Source: Parcubacteria group bacterium
GTDB lineage: Bacteria; Patescibacteriota; Minisyncoccia; Moranbacterales; UBA2206
NCBI GenBank assembly: GCA_041674205.1
Contig: JBAYWF010000002.1
Coordinates: forward strand, 46,940 to 110,939
Length of the DNA: 64,000 nt
Direction: 5' to 3'
Part shown: positions 1 to 9,655 of the stretch, piece after piece
Layout of the letters: each line of letters opens with the position of its first letter
How positions within the stretch are numbered: position 1 is the first letter of the stretch
Position numbers and translations under genes: made by a program
Notes under the pieces: generated by a model
The model's database searches: none
Told to the model about the DNA's origin: nothing
Seen by the model: the letters and a program-made list of their open reading frames with translations, nothing else

Positions 1-2
1 TT

Positions 3-344
3 ATGGGAAAAGTCGGCTATGATATGGTTTTCTTCGGGCAGTTTTCTCCCCGTCCTGGCACCACGGCCTGGGAAATGAAGGACAATGTTTCTAAGATAGA
101 AAAAGAAAGGCGCGAACGGTTCCTCAACGAAATCCTGAAAAAAACCGCGCTGGCAAACAGCAAAAAATTCCTTAATACTGATGCCGAGGTACTGATTGAA
201 AATGAGAAGGATGGGATATATTTTGGAAAGACCCGCACCGCTAAAAATGTGAAAGTAATTTCCAACAAGAAAAACTTGGTCGGGAAATTCGTAAAAGTAA
301 AAATAACCAGAGTCAACATATGGAATCTCGAGGGAAAATCATAG
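3..344 (+). CDS. miaB: MiaB-like tRNA methylthiotransferase, C-terminal fragment (TRAM domain); 5' truncated by window edge
   Basis: ORF translation ends ...GKFVKVKITRVNIWNLEG, TRAM-like; lies immediately upstream of miaA. Confidence 0.6.
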   Translation: MGKVGYDMVFFGQFSPRPGTTAWEMKDNVSKIEKERRERFLNEILKKTALANSKKFLNTDAEVLIENEKDGIYFGKTRTAKNVKVISNKKNLVGKFVKVKITRVNIWNLEGKS

Positions 345-1228
345 CCATCCTAGGACCTACTTCCGCCGGAAAATCAGCGGCGGCGATTCGGCTTGCCCAA
401 AAATTCGATGGCGAAATAGTATCCGTGGATTCACGGCAGATTTATCGCGGGATGGACATCGGAACCGGGAAAGTGACACAGGAAGAACAAGCCGGAATCA
501 AACATTGGATGCTGGATATAGCCAGTCCGAAAACCGATTTCAGCGCGGCGCGCTTCAAGAAAAAAGCGGACAAGATCATCAAGGATATTTTAAAGCGCGG
601 AAAACTGCCGATCCTTTGCGGCGGCACCGGCTTCTGGATCAAATCGATCGTGGACAATATCACCTATCCGGAAGTTAAGCCGGACTGGGAATTGCGCAAT
701 CAATTGGATGATTCAAGTCTGGAAGATCTGTTCGCGCAACTGCGGAAACTGGATCCTAAAAGAGCGCGTAGTATCGACGCCAAAAACAAAGTCCGCTTGA
801 TCCGCGCCATCGAAATCTGCAAAACCCTCGGCCAAGTGCCGGAAGAAAAATCCGATCCGCGATACCAGACTTTGCAAATCGGCTTGGCCGTGCCCAAAGA
901 AGAATTGCACGCTAAAATAAAAAAACGCCTCGACCGGAGATGGCGGGACGGAATGATAGAAGAGATTGAAAAACTTCACACCCATGGCCTTAGCTGGAAA
1001 AAGATCCAAAGTTTCGGCTTGGGCTATTTTTGGATTCCGGAGTATCTGCGAAAAAAAATTTCTTTGGAAGAATTATATAGCAAGGTCTATCTGTCCGAAA
1101 AGGATTACGCCAAGCGCCAGCTGACTTGGTTCAAAAAAGACCTTCGGATATTATGGTTGGAAAAATATGGTGACATCGAAAAGGAAGTTGCTATTTTTCT
1201 AAAAAACAAAGTTATTAAAACCGTCTGA
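320..1228 (+). CDS. miaA: tRNA dimethylallyltransferase (IPTase)
   Basis: P-loop ILGPTSAGKS, DSRQIYRGMDIGTGK motif typical of MiaA; overlaps miaB end by 25 nt. Confidence 0.9.
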   Translation: MESRGKIIAILGPTSAGKSAAAIRLAQKFDGEIVSVDSRQIYRGMDIGTGKVTQEEQAGIKHWMLDIASPKTDFSAARFKKKADKIIKDILKRGKLPILCGGTGFWIKSIVDNITYPEVKPDWELRNQLDDSSLEDLFAQLRKLDPKRARSIDAKNKVRLIRAIEICKTLGQVPEEKSDPRYQTLQIGLAVPKEELHAKIKKRLDRRWRDGMIEEIEKLHTHGLSWKKIQSFGLGYFWIPEYLRKKISLEELYSKVYLSEKDYAKRQLTWFKKDLRILWLEKYGDIEKEVAIFLKNKVIKTV

Positions 1229-1236
1229 CCTGTTTT

Positions 1237-1803
1237 CTAATCCCAAATCTCATCTTCTGTTTTCCCCGCTCCATCCGCGATATGTTTTCTCAATATTTCC
1301 ATCTGATCGATAAGTGAGTTGAAACTGATCTTGATTGTTGTGTCTTGCAGTTCTTTCGAGTTCAAAGCTTTTATCGATGCTAAGACATCCCTCCTTAATT
1401 CCGTAAAATCAGCGCCTAAATTTAAAAATTTCGCATAGTTCAACTGTTCATTCATTCTGACTTGGTCTTCCAACGCGACTACGCGCTGGAGAAAAATATT
1501 TATTTCATCAAGTGTCCTTTCTATCTTTTTCCTTTCTTCCGTCGCCCTGATTTCTTCTTCCACTTCCGGCTTTTTGAGAGGCATCAATTCAGCGGTTTTT
1601 TCAATTCCCTCAGAAATATATGACACTTCGATAGGATCATCAACATCTTTTTTAACGGCATCGCTATGGACAGGAATAGACCCGCTCTTCCGGATCCTTT
1701 TTAAAAGAGCCCCATTCAAATCGCCGATTTTATTGCCAGGCACAAAAGCATCATAATCTTCTCCTGACGATTCCCTAGGGCTATTGAATACGCCTTCCAT
1801 CAT
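1237..1803 (-). CDS. hypothetical coiled-coil protein
   Basis: 188 aa ORF, E/K-rich predicted coiled coil, no recognisable motif. Confidence 0.4.
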   Translation of the reverse strand: MMEGVFNSPRESSGEDYDAFVPGNKIGDLNGALLKRIRKSGSIPVHSDAVKKDVDDPIEVSYISEGIEKTAELMPLKKPEVEEEIRATEERKKIERTLDEINIFLQRVVALEDQVRMNEQLNYAKFLNLGADFTELRRDVLASIKALNSKELQDTTIKISFNSLIDQMEILRKHIADGAGKTEDEIWD

Positions 1804-1807
1804 ATTT

Positions 1808-3277
1808 TTATTTTATCTTGTTTTTTAACATTTCCATGACGATTCCCGGATTAGCCTTGCCTTTCGAGGCGGCCATCACCTGTCCCATCAGGAATTGGAG
1901 CGCGTTCTGTTTGCCAGCTTTGAAATCGTCCACCGATTTCTGGTTTTTGGCCAACACCCCATCGATTATGTTTTCAAGTTCGGAAGCGTCATCCATCTGC
2001 GCCAGATTTTTTTCCTCGATGATCTGCGACGGATCGCCGCCAGTCGCGTACATCTCTTCCAAAACGACCTGTCCGGCGCTGGAATTTATCTTGCCATCCG
2101 CCAAAAAGCCGACGAGTTCCGCATAATTTTCCGCCGTTATCTTCACGTCTTTGATAGTTTGGGAATTTTTCATCAGATGTTTCTGCAATTCACTGACCAT
2201 ATAATTCGCGGCTAATTTGACCAGCTTATTTTCTTCAGAACCGATTTCCCCGCTCTGCTTTTTCTCTTTCAATTCGGAAACCACATGCTCGAAATATTCC
2301 GCCAAATCCTTGTCGCCCGTAATCACGTTCACATTTTCCAAAGATAAATTATATTCATCTACAAATCTCCTGGATTTAGCGTCTGGCAATTCAGGCAGAT
2401 GCCGGCGCAAATCCGCTACGTATTCTTCCGTAAACTTCATCGGCGGAATGTCCGGTTCGGGGAAATAGCGGTAATCATGGGCGGACTCTTTTTTTCTCTG
2501 CGCTACCGTGACGCCGCGCGCCTCGTCCCAGCCCCGGGTTTCCTGTGATACCTTCTCGCCTTTTTCCAGAATTTCCGTCTGGCGCAAGATTTCATAATCG
2601 ACCGCGCGCTCAACCACCCGGAAAGAATTCAGGTTTTTAATTTCCGATTTGGTCCCGCTCAGCTTCTCCTCATCCTCCTTATGTAAAGAAATGTTGACCT
2701 CGCAACGCATATGGCCTTTCTCCATATCCGCTTCCGAAATTTCCAGATAACGGAAAATCTGCTGCAATTTCTGGCAGAACAGGCGTGCTTCCTTGCCATT
2801 CTCAATGTCCGGTTCCGTCACCAGTTCCATCAGAGGCACCCCAGCCCGATTGAAATCCACCAAAGAATATTCAACGCCTTTCGGATGCACCAGCTTTCCC
2901 GTGTCCTCTTCCATATGGATCCGGGTTATCCCGACGGACTTCCCGTCGATTTCAACGCGGCCCTGCTCGCACAGGGGCTGGTCATATTGCGAAATCTGGT
3001 AGCCCTTGGGGATGTCCGGATAGAAATAGTTCTTACGGTCGAATTTGGAATTTTCCGCGATCTGACAATTCAGTGCCAAGCCAGCCATTTGCACGAATCT
3101 GATCGCTTGTTCGTTGGCTACCGGCAAAGTCCCGGGTTGCGCCGTGCAAACCGGACAAATATTAACGTTCGGTTCCGTTTCCATACCTAAACCGTTCTTG
3201 CAGCCGCAAAACATCTTCGATTTCGTTTTCAGTTCGACATGGATTTCCATACCGATGACGGGAATATATTTTGTCAT
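1808..3277 (-). CDS. gatB: Asp/Glu-tRNA(Asn/Gln) amidotransferase subunit B
   Basis: N-term MTKYIPVIGMEIHVELKTKSKMFCGC, typical GatB. Confidence 0.9.
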   Translation of the reverse strand: MTKYIPVIGMEIHVELKTKSKMFCGCKNGLGMETEPNVNICPVCTAQPGTLPVANEQAIRFVQMAGLALNCQIAENSKFDRKNYFYPDIPKGYQISQYDQPLCEQGRVEIDGKSVGITRIHMEEDTGKLVHPKGVEYSLVDFNRAGVPLMELVTEPDIENGKEARLFCQKLQQIFRYLEISEADMEKGHMRCEVNISLHKEDEEKLSGTKSEIKNLNSFRVVERAVDYEILRQTEILEKGEKVSQETRGWDEARGVTVAQRKKESAHDYRYFPEPDIPPMKFTEEYVADLRRHLPELPDAKSRRFVDEYNLSLENVNVITGDKDLAEYFEHVVSELKEKKQSGEIGSEENKLVKLAANYMVSELQKHLMKNSQTIKDVKITAENYAELVGFLADGKINSSAGQVVLEEMYATGGDPSQIIEEKNLAQMDDASELENIIDGVLAKNQKSVDDFKAGKQNALQFLMGQVMAASKGKANPGIVMEMLKNKIK

Positions 3278-3340
3278 AAAATCTAGATTACTGGATTATA
3301 ATAAGCCTGTGTTTAAAAAAATAGTGTGTGATTTTTATTT

Positions 3341-3410
3341 TTATACTCAAATTTTCAATTCACAATTTTAAATTTTCAAACAATTTTTAATTTAAAATTT
3401 CAAAAAATCA
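3341..3410. repeat. AT-rich AATTTTAAATT / AATTTTCAA repeat tract (gatB-dut intergenic)
   Basis: caattttaaattttcaaacaatttttaatttaaaatttcaaaaaa. Confidence 0.5.
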
Positions 3411-3423
3411 GATGCTCAAATAT

Positions 3424-3846
3424 TTAAACTCCGGTGCTTCCGAAACCGCCGTTTCCTCTTTCCGTTTCGTCCAATCCGCCCACTTCGATAACTTCCGGAT
3501 TTTCCACTTTCTGGATAAGCATCTGTGCGATCTTATCCCCCTTGCCTATCTTATATGTTTCTTGCGATAAATTAACGAGGCCTATCTTAACTTCGCCGCG
3601 ATATCCGCTATCGATGACGCCACCCAATACTTTTATCCCGCTCTTGATGGCGATGCCGCTCTTGTCCCAAATCAAGCCGACATATCCGTCCGGAATTTGC
3701 ATCGCGATTCCGGTCCGGCAAGCCGACCTTTCCATTGGCCGCAACTCCAAATCTTCCAGAGAGAAAAAGTCCATACCCGCATCGCCCGCAATGGCATATT
3801 GGGGAATTTTCGCGTCGGTTTCCAATTTTTTTATCCGTATCTTCAT
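3424..3846 (-). CDS. dut: dUTP diphosphatase
   Basis: 140 aa, dUTPase motifs (AGMDF, GVIDSGYRGE). Confidence 0.9.
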   Translation of the reverse strand: MKIRIKKLETDAKIPQYAIAGDAGMDFFSLEDLELRPMERSACRTGIAMQIPDGYVGLIWDKSGIAIKSGIKVLGGVIDSGYRGEVKIGLVNLSQETYKIGKGDKIAQMLIQKVENPEVIEVGGLDETERGNGGFGSTGV

Positions 3847-4535
3847 TTTATAATTATTTCCAACTTATTCCAAATTATACTTCCGATTTCATCTATCGGC
3901 AGAAGTCCATCATTTTTAACACAATTTACCCGCACCCAATTATTATTTTTCTTAATCATTTTTATCGCGCTTTCTTTGGAATCTTGCAAATGTTGCAGAT
4001 TATTTTCCGCCACGTCTTTCCGGCCTCTCAAATATCTTTTTTTATAACTGCCTTTTTCGCCTGCCAGAAGTTTTTGCGTGATTTCCACCGGCACATCCAG
4101 GTAGATGATCGCATCCGGTTTGGGAATGGCAAAAATCTCAAACTCCATTTTTTCCAGCCATTTCAGAAATTCTTTTCTGTCTTTTTCATTTTTTATTTTC
4201 CCTCCCTGATGGATTTGATTGGAACTGACATAGCGGTCAGCGATGACGATATTCCCGTCTGCCAGCCATTTCCGAATGCTTTTACTGGATTCAAAGCGAT
4301 CAGCCGCATATAGCACCGAAGCGATGCGCGGATTGACTGCCAAAAAATCCCCATACTCTCCAGCCAAACATTCACCGATCAATTTTCCGAAAAAATTATC
4401 ATAATATCTTGGAAAATCAATCACTTTGACCTTGAATTTATTCTTTTTGAGTCTGGACGCCAATAGTTCGGTCTGGGTCGCTTTCCCGCTGCCATCCGTG
4501 CCATCAATAACGATAAATTTCCCTTTTTTCCCCAT
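3843..4535 (-). CDS. tmk: thymidylate (dTMP) kinase
   Basis: GKFIVIDGTDGSGKATQ P-loop, DRY motif; 4-nt overlap with dut. Confidence 0.85.
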   Translation of the reverse strand: MGKKGKFIVIDGTDGSGKATQTELLASRLKKNKFKVKVIDFPRYYDNFFGKLIGECLAGEYGDFLAVNPRIASVLYAADRFESSKSIRKWLADGNIVIADRYVSSNQIHQGGKIKNEKDRKEFLKWLEKMEFEIFAIPKPDAIIYLDVPVEITQKLLAGEKGSYKKRYLRGRKDVAENNLQHLQDSKESAIKMIKKNNNWVRVNCVKNDGLLPIDEIGSIIWNKLEIIIK

Positions 4536-4566
4536 ATCTTAGTTTTTTAAAAGCAGTTTGCCGCCG

Positions 4567-5040
4567 TTATCTCGTCAGCTCCAAAAATTTAAACTTGTAT
4601 TGGCCATTGTCAACCGCCTCCTCCTTTATGATATTTTTAAATTCAGAGTAATCCGGGAAAAAAGTATCGGCATCTTCCGGGGCATCTTCCACGACCGTCA
4701 AATAGAGCTTATCTACCATTGGCAAAGAAAGCTTGTAAATTATGCCGCCTCCGATGACAAAAACCTCCTCTTCGCTATTTTTATATTCTTGCAAAACTTC
4801 CTCCAAAGAATTCCTGACTTCCACGCGATCATCCCGGAAATCTTTGTCGAGTGTCACGACGATATTTTTCCTATTCGGCAACGGTTTGCCGATGGACGCG
4901 AAAGTCCGCTCGCCCATAATCACAGTGTGGCCGGAAGTCGTTCTTCTGAAATGCGCCATATCCTCCGGGATATCCCAAAGCAACCGGTTATTGCGCCCGA
5001 TGGCGTTATTTTTAGCGACTGCCACGATAAGTGAAATCAT
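4567..5040 (-). CDS. folA: dihydrofolate reductase
   Basis: MISLIVAVAKNNAIGRNNRLLWDIPEDMAHFRRTT, classic DHFR. Confidence 0.9.
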   Translation of the reverse strand: MISLIVAVAKNNAIGRNNRLLWDIPEDMAHFRRTTSGHTVIMGERTFASIGKPLPNRKNIVVTLDKDFRDDRVEVRNSLEEVLQEYKNSEEEVFVIGGGIIYKLSLPMVDKLYLTVVEDAPEDADTFFPDYSEFKNIIKEEAVDNGQYKFKFLELTR

Positions 5041-5132
5041 ATAGCTTATACCCTATGAAGCTGATTATCCCTTTTAACCATATTATCACATAAAAAGACC
5101 GCCGACAAGCGATATTTCCAGACCTACGTTTA

Positions 5133-5160
5133 TTGCAAAATGCCATAATTCAGGTATAAT
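5133..5160 (+). promoter_or_regulatory. sigma70-like promoter (-35 TTGCAA, 16 nt spacer, -10 TATAAT) upstream of nucleotidyltransferase gene
   Basis: TTGCAA at 5133-5138, TATAAT at 5155-5160, 43 nt before ATG at 5203. Confidence 0.5.
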
Positions 5161-5202
5161 TTAGGTATTGACGGATAAATTAACATAATTAAAGCAAGAT
5201 CT

Positions 5203-5787
5203 ATGGATATCGAAATATCAAGTCTCTTAGGTAGCGGAAAGCTTGTACCCACAAAAGATATAGGCAAAATTTCAACTTTTCTCAAAAAGAATAATTACAA
5301 AGTCGTATTGACGCAAGGGGTGTGGGATCTTATCCACGAAGGGCACGCCCAATATCTTCAAAAAGCCAAAGAATTCGGCGATGTGTTGATCGTAGCTGTC
5401 GATACCGATGAAGTCGTGAAACATCGCAAGGGTCCCAACCGCCCGATAGTTCCGGAAAAGGAACGGGTCAAAATGATTTCCCATTTGAAACATGTCGATT
5501 TGATCGTTATGAAAGAATCCAAAACGGATCATGGAAAGCTCATCAGGGATATAATGCCCGATATCTTCGTTATTTCAGAGTCGACACAATCCAATATAAA
5601 AGGCAAAAGTTTTCTCCAGGAAATCATAGAAGAACATACTCCGTACTGCAAAAAAATTGTCAACCTGGAGCCGCAATCCACGACCTCCACTACCGCGCGG
5701 ATCAGGCTGTTGACCATCCAAGGAGCTGAGGATCTTGCGAAAGAATTACAAAAATCGATAGAAAATTTCTTGTACAACAGAAAGTAG
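5203..5787 (+). CDS. cytidylyltransferase-family nucleotidyltransferase (TagD / RfaE domain II-like)
   Basis: GVWDLIHEGHAQYL (HxGH motif), LIVAVDTDE, ISHLKHVDLIV. Confidence 0.7.
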   Translation: MDIEISSLLGSGKLVPTKDIGKISTFLKKNNYKVVLTQGVWDLIHEGHAQYLQKAKEFGDVLIVAVDTDEVVKHRKGPNRPIVPEKERVKMISHLKHVDLIVMKESKTDHGKLIRDIMPDIFVISESTQSNIKGKSFLQEIIEEHTPYCKKIVNLEPQSTTSTTARIRLLTIQGAEDLAKELQKSIENFLYNRK

Positions 5788-5890
5788 AGGATATTGGAAT
5801 TTTATTATTACCGCTCAGGAATGGACCTGCCGGCTGGCGTTATCCTCCCGCCGGACTAGCCAAACAACGCTAAATTTTTACGCCACGAGA

Positions 5891-6736
5891 ATGTCCGGAA
5901 AAAAAATCTTAATCGCTCTAGCCCCCGTCATCCATATCAAATACCTGGAATTATTCAAAAAATATCCGGAGCATCTTTATATTTTAGATGACACGATCCT
6001 GAAAAAATGGGACAAATTTGAAAATTTGAAAAGGGACCTGCGATCCATCGACCAAAAGACCATCTGTGATTTCATCCGGAAATCAGGCCTTTTGCAAAAG
6101 GTCGACCTGTTGACATTGGAAAATTTGACGGCTTTGGAGGAAGAAAAAGCTTCCATCGTCATGCCGGACGAAGACGTGTCCCGCTGGTTCGCGGAAAAAT
6201 TTCTTCCCGACAGGAAAGTTGAATTTGAAAATGTCTTTTTGCGGTGGAACAAGCCGGTGTCAACCCAGGAATTGGAAGTTTCCGCTGACAGGATAATCAC
6301 ATTTGAAAAAGCCCACCAAGAACTTATGGACAAAGCCGACGCCCTGAAAGAAAAAAGCGCTAATTGGTGGAGACAGATCGGCGCCATAGTCACGGACGCG
6401 AAAGGCTCGGTGATACTTTCGGCATTCAATCGCCATGTCCCCACCCAGGAAAATATGGCTGTCTATGGAGACCTCCGGATGTGTTTTGACGCCGGTGAAA
6501 ACCATCACCTCTCCAATTCCATCCACGCGGAAGCCTCCCTGATTGGGAAAGCCGCCCGGGACGGGATCAGCCTGGACGGTACCGTTCTATACGTCACCAC
6601 CTTCCCCTGCCCGACTTGCGCCAAACTGGTGGCGGAAGCTGGCATTAAAAAAGTTTATTACCAAAACGGCTATTCACTTTCCGACGCTGAAGATATCCTC
6701 AAAAATGCCGGGGTGGAGATTATTTTAGTCAAATAA
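5891..6736 (+). CDS. dCMP/cytidine deaminase-family zinc enzyme with ~140 aa N-terminal extension of unknown function
   Basis: C-terminal HAEASLI...TFPCPTCAKL zinc-binding CDA signature; N-terminal half has no match I recognise. Confidence 0.7.
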   Translation: MSGKKILIALAPVIHIKYLELFKKYPEHLYILDDTILKKWDKFENLKRDLRSIDQKTICDFIRKSGLLQKVDLLTLENLTALEEEKASIVMPDEDVSRWFAEKFLPDRKVEFENVFLRWNKPVSTQELEVSADRIITFEKAHQELMDKADALKEKSANWWRQIGAIVTDAKGSVILSAFNRHVPTQENMAVYGDLRMCFDAGENHHLSNSIHAEASLIGKAARDGISLDGTVLYVTTFPCPTCAKLVAEAGIKKVYYQNGYSLSDAEDILKNAGVEIILVK

Positions 6737-6754
6737 AATAAAAACTAAGTTAAT

Positions 6755-6789
6755 GACAAAAAAACTATCCGGCGTAGCCGGATGTTTTT
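6755..6789. terminator. A-tract/hairpin/T-tract bidirectional terminator
   Basis: aaaaaaactATCCGGCgtaGCCGGATgttttt. Confidence 0.5.
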
Positions 6790-6890
6790 ATTATCAAGCC
6801 GGATTGACTTCAATTGGCCTTTTTGCTATTGTATTTAACTGAAACAAAAGGTTATTAGTTCCTATAAAACTGAAGGGGGAGGGTAAAGTA

Positions 6891-7394
6891 TTGAAAAAAA
6901 CTATCACTGAAATCGTAAAGGGGTTTTCTGGGAAATTACCGAAGTTTCCCGATGGGCGGATCGATTATTCGACATCAAGCAGCGCACCAGTCATAATCAT
7001 CTTCGTCAAGGTTGGCGAAGAATTCCTGCTTTTAAGACGGAGCAAGAAGGTATCCAACTATCAAGGCAAATGGAGTGCAAGCGCTGGCTTCCTGGATGAT
7101 GAAAGACCCGTCCAAGAAAAAGTTATGGATGAACTTATTGCTGAGTTAGGAGTTGCCGAGGAACGACTGCAAAGGCTTATCACGGAGATTAAGATCTGTG
7201 AGTATTATGAATTCAAGGATGAGAAAGCCGGCAAGACTTGGCTCAAAACTCCGGTACTGGTTGAGCTGAGAGAAAAACCAGAAATACGCCTTGACTGGGA
7301 GCATGACGATTACTGCTGGATTCGAATCGAGGAGCTATCCAAATACGACACGGTCGTCGATCTTAAACACACTCTCAAATGCGCTTTAAACTAA
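6891..7394 (+). CDS. Nudix hydrolase (TTG start, strong SD GGGGGAGGG)
   Basis: Nudix box GFLDDERPVQEKVMDELIAELGV. Confidence 0.7.
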   Translation: MKKTITEIVKGFSGKLPKFPDGRIDYSTSSSAPVIIIFVKVGEEFLLLRRSKKVSNYQGKWSASAGFLDDERPVQEKVMDELIAELGVAEERLQRLITEIKICEYYEFKDEKAGKTWLKTPVLVELREKPEIRLDWEHDDYCWIRIEELSKYDTVVDLKHTLKCALN

Positions 7395-7403
7395 AAGACA
7401 TTT

Positions 7404-7441
7404 GAAAAGGCGGACAAGCTACTACAGCTTGCCCGCCTTTT
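7404..7441. terminator. bidirectional rho-independent terminator between convergent Nudix and HIT genes
   Basis: aaaaGGCGGACAAGCTactacAGCTTGCCCGCCttttt. Confidence 0.7.
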
Positions 7442-7459
7442 TAACTCTCACCATTTTTC

Positions 7460-7900
7460 TTAACCGATTCTCGTAATAACCGGCTCTTCCCCGGCGGAAA
7501 CGACCAACTGGGCATGCAAATGCTGGACGGTCGCGCCTGTCAGGCCGGTGCTGTCCGAACGCATCAAAAAAGTGCTATGGGTTATTCCAAGGCTTTGTTT
7601 GATTTTTTTAACGATATTCCATAGATCCGAAATTTCCTCCTCCTTCATTTCCTCAGGTGTCAGGATATGGCGCTTGATTATAATGACCAGATGTTCTTTC
7701 GTATGCTCATACGGCCAAGCGTTCCTTGTTACCACCCAAAAATCAGTTTCTATCAAAACAGGATTCGAATGGTAAGCCGGTTTTTCTTTAGCGACGAAAT
7801 CATGGCAAAAAGGACACACTCCGTCAGAAATAATTTTTTTCATCACCGCGATCTGTTCCTCCTTGCGGGCATTTTCCAGATCCAATCCGCTTTTATTCAT
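7460..7900 (-). CDS. HIT-family nucleotide hydrolase/transferase
   Basis: histidine triad HLHAQLV near C-terminus. Confidence 0.7.
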   Translation of the reverse strand: MNKSGLDLENARKEEQIAVMKKIISDGVCPFCHDFVAKEKPAYHSNPVLIETDFWVVTRNAWPYEHTKEHLVIIIKRHILTPEEMKEEEISDLWNIVKKIKQSLGITHSTFLMRSDSTGLTGATVQHLHAQLVVSAGEEPVITRIG

Positions 7901-7924
7901 ATCTCTAAATTTGTAAATTATGGG

Positions 7925-8902
7925 CTATACCGGAGTTGGAATCTTAAACCAAGGCTTTGGTTCGTAGTCTTCAAGCACGAAATCCTCCTTGCGGAAATCC
8001 TGGAGCCTTGTCACTTTCCTATCCAGTCTAAGAGTCACGGTCGGGAAAGGCTTCGGTTCAATGGCTAAAATCTTATCCACTGATTCAGCTTGGACGTCAT
8101 AATAATGGGGATTGGATAGAAAATGAGTATATTTGGTAAACTTGTAACCCAGCAGATGCGCCACCATCAAACCAAGAGCTGACCATTCGATCAGGTTGAA
8201 TTGCAAGCCCACCGGGACATCGGCCGATCGCTGGGTGTGTGTCATTTCCAGTTCTTTCTGCTCATCAAAAAGCACGAAATGGATGAAATTGCCATGGCAG
8301 GGAGCGACGACGACTTTGCGCTTGAAACCCTGCTCTTCATCTCCCATCGATAGAGGCGGATTCCAGGTAGTCAGGACATGGGTCCTCAAAAATGGCGCTT
8401 TTTCCATCTGCCGCTGGACGGCGCTGACTTGATCGAATTCCCCTTTTGCGGATTGGAAACGTCCCAAGGATGCCCCATAGGATCCATCGCCCAAATCGCC
8501 TTCAGGTAACCCAAATATCGCACACTTTTCTTTTGTAACCCAATCCTTCCAAAAAACCTCCGGACAGCCATATTCCTTCAGGCCGCTCAGCGTACTTTGC
8601 CCATTTAAAAACGCCACCAATTCGCCTATTGATCCATAAAATGACTTGCTCAAATCACGCTCCGTCAAAACGGGAAAACCGTTGTTCATTTCAAATTGCA
8701 ACATAGCACCTGTTATTTCTTTTGAATTCTGATGCCCGGAATTAGCATTCTCACTAAGCCTGGCATGGATAGGCACTTTGTCTTTTCCTGTTGTTTTAAT
8801 TTTTTTAAGCAATTCTTGATATTGAAAATCAGGAACCCGCTCGCCAAATGGAAGATAATCGATGCCTCCTTCTATTTTATTTTTAACCTCTTTATTTGTC
8901 AT
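7925..8902 (-). CDS. thyA: thymidylate synthase ThyA family, divergent, N-extended
   Basis: TTWNP, catalytic VVAPCHGNF, RSAD, GLQFN (uracil-specifying Asn retained); aligns with E. coli ThyA over the core. Confidence 0.75.
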   Translation of the reverse strand: MTNKEVKNKIEGGIDYLPFGERVPDFQYQELLKKIKTTGKDKVPIHARLSENANSGHQNSKEITGAMLQFEMNNGFPVLTERDLSKSFYGSIGELVAFLNGQSTLSGLKEYGCPEVFWKDWVTKEKCAIFGLPEGDLGDGSYGASLGRFQSAKGEFDQVSAVQRQMEKAPFLRTHVLTTWNPPLSMGDEEQGFKRKVVVAPCHGNFIHFVLFDEQKELEMTHTQRSADVPVGLQFNLIEWSALGLMVAHLLGYKFTKYTHFLSNPHYYDVQAESVDKILAIEPKPFPTVTLRLDRKVTRLQDFRKEDFVLEDYEPKPWFKIPTPV

Positions 8903-8965
8903 ATTTTTATGCCCCTATCTTACTGTTTATGGTTATTCCATCATACTATTTTTAGCTCCATAGGT

Positions 8966-8988
8966 CAAAAAGTCCCGCCTCAGCGGGA
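8966..8988 (-). terminator. rho-independent terminator after P-loop kinase gene
   Basis: minus strand GTCCCGCtgagGCGGGACttttt. Confidence 0.55.
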
Positions 8989-8996
8989 CTCCCTAT

Positions 8997-9572
8997 TTAT
9001 CGCCTGATTTTTTCCATAATTTTATCCGTTTCTTCCAGCAGATATTCCAAAGTTTGCTCGTTTCTGACGGTGAAATCCGCTTTAGCGCCGATTTCCGGAA
9101 TGATCGCTTCCGTTTCGAATTTTTCCAATTCCTGGAATTTGGCGAAACTGCTGTTGTCATCCGATTTTTCCATCCGGTTCGTCGACCGCTCCCAGCGCAA
9201 TTTCTGGTCCGCGGTAACATAGATGATATAGCTCCGGGGAAATCCCTTTACGAAATCATAATTTTCCCAAAATCTTATTCCATTGAAGATAACTACCTTA
9301 TCGCTAACTGACATCCTTTTTATCAAAGCCTTAGCGAAAATATCTTGTCCGAATCTTTCACGGACAGCGTGCGAAAGCCACTGCAAATCCTCCCTGGATA
9401 TCGCGTCAACGAAGTTCCTCAAAGCGTCGAACAAAGGATCGGAAAACCGGATTTCCTTAGCGCCATATCGGTCTTTCAGATGTTTTGATACCGTGTCCTT
9501 GCCCGATCCTGGCTCTCCTGCCAAACCGATGATTATTTGTCCTGACTTATCCATCTTATAGGGTTTATCCAA
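8997..9572 (-). CDS. P-loop nucleoside/nucleotide kinase-like protein
   Basis: IIIGLAGEPGSGKDTVSKHL Walker A, ~190 aa. Confidence 0.6.
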   Translation of the reverse strand: MDKPYKMDKSGQIIIGLAGEPGSGKDTVSKHLKDRYGAKEIRFSDPLFDALRNFVDAISREDLQWLSHAVRERFGQDIFAKALIKRMSVSDKVVIFNGIRFWENYDFVKGFPRSYIIYVTADQKLRWERSTNRMEKSDDNSSFAKFQELEKFETEAIIPEIGAKADFTVRNEQTLEYLLEETDKIMEKIRR

Positions 9573-9655
9573 TTAGCCTCGCCAAATAATCCTATCAAAA
9601 ATCACCGGTTCGGTCAACATAAAAAATGCTTACGTCCCACAAAGGACTAAAGTCA

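Noticed and set aside
3341-3410. Possible CRISPR array among AT-rich repeats
   Set aside because: Repeats are degenerate, A/T-only, not regularly spaced with unique spacers, and no cas genes are present.
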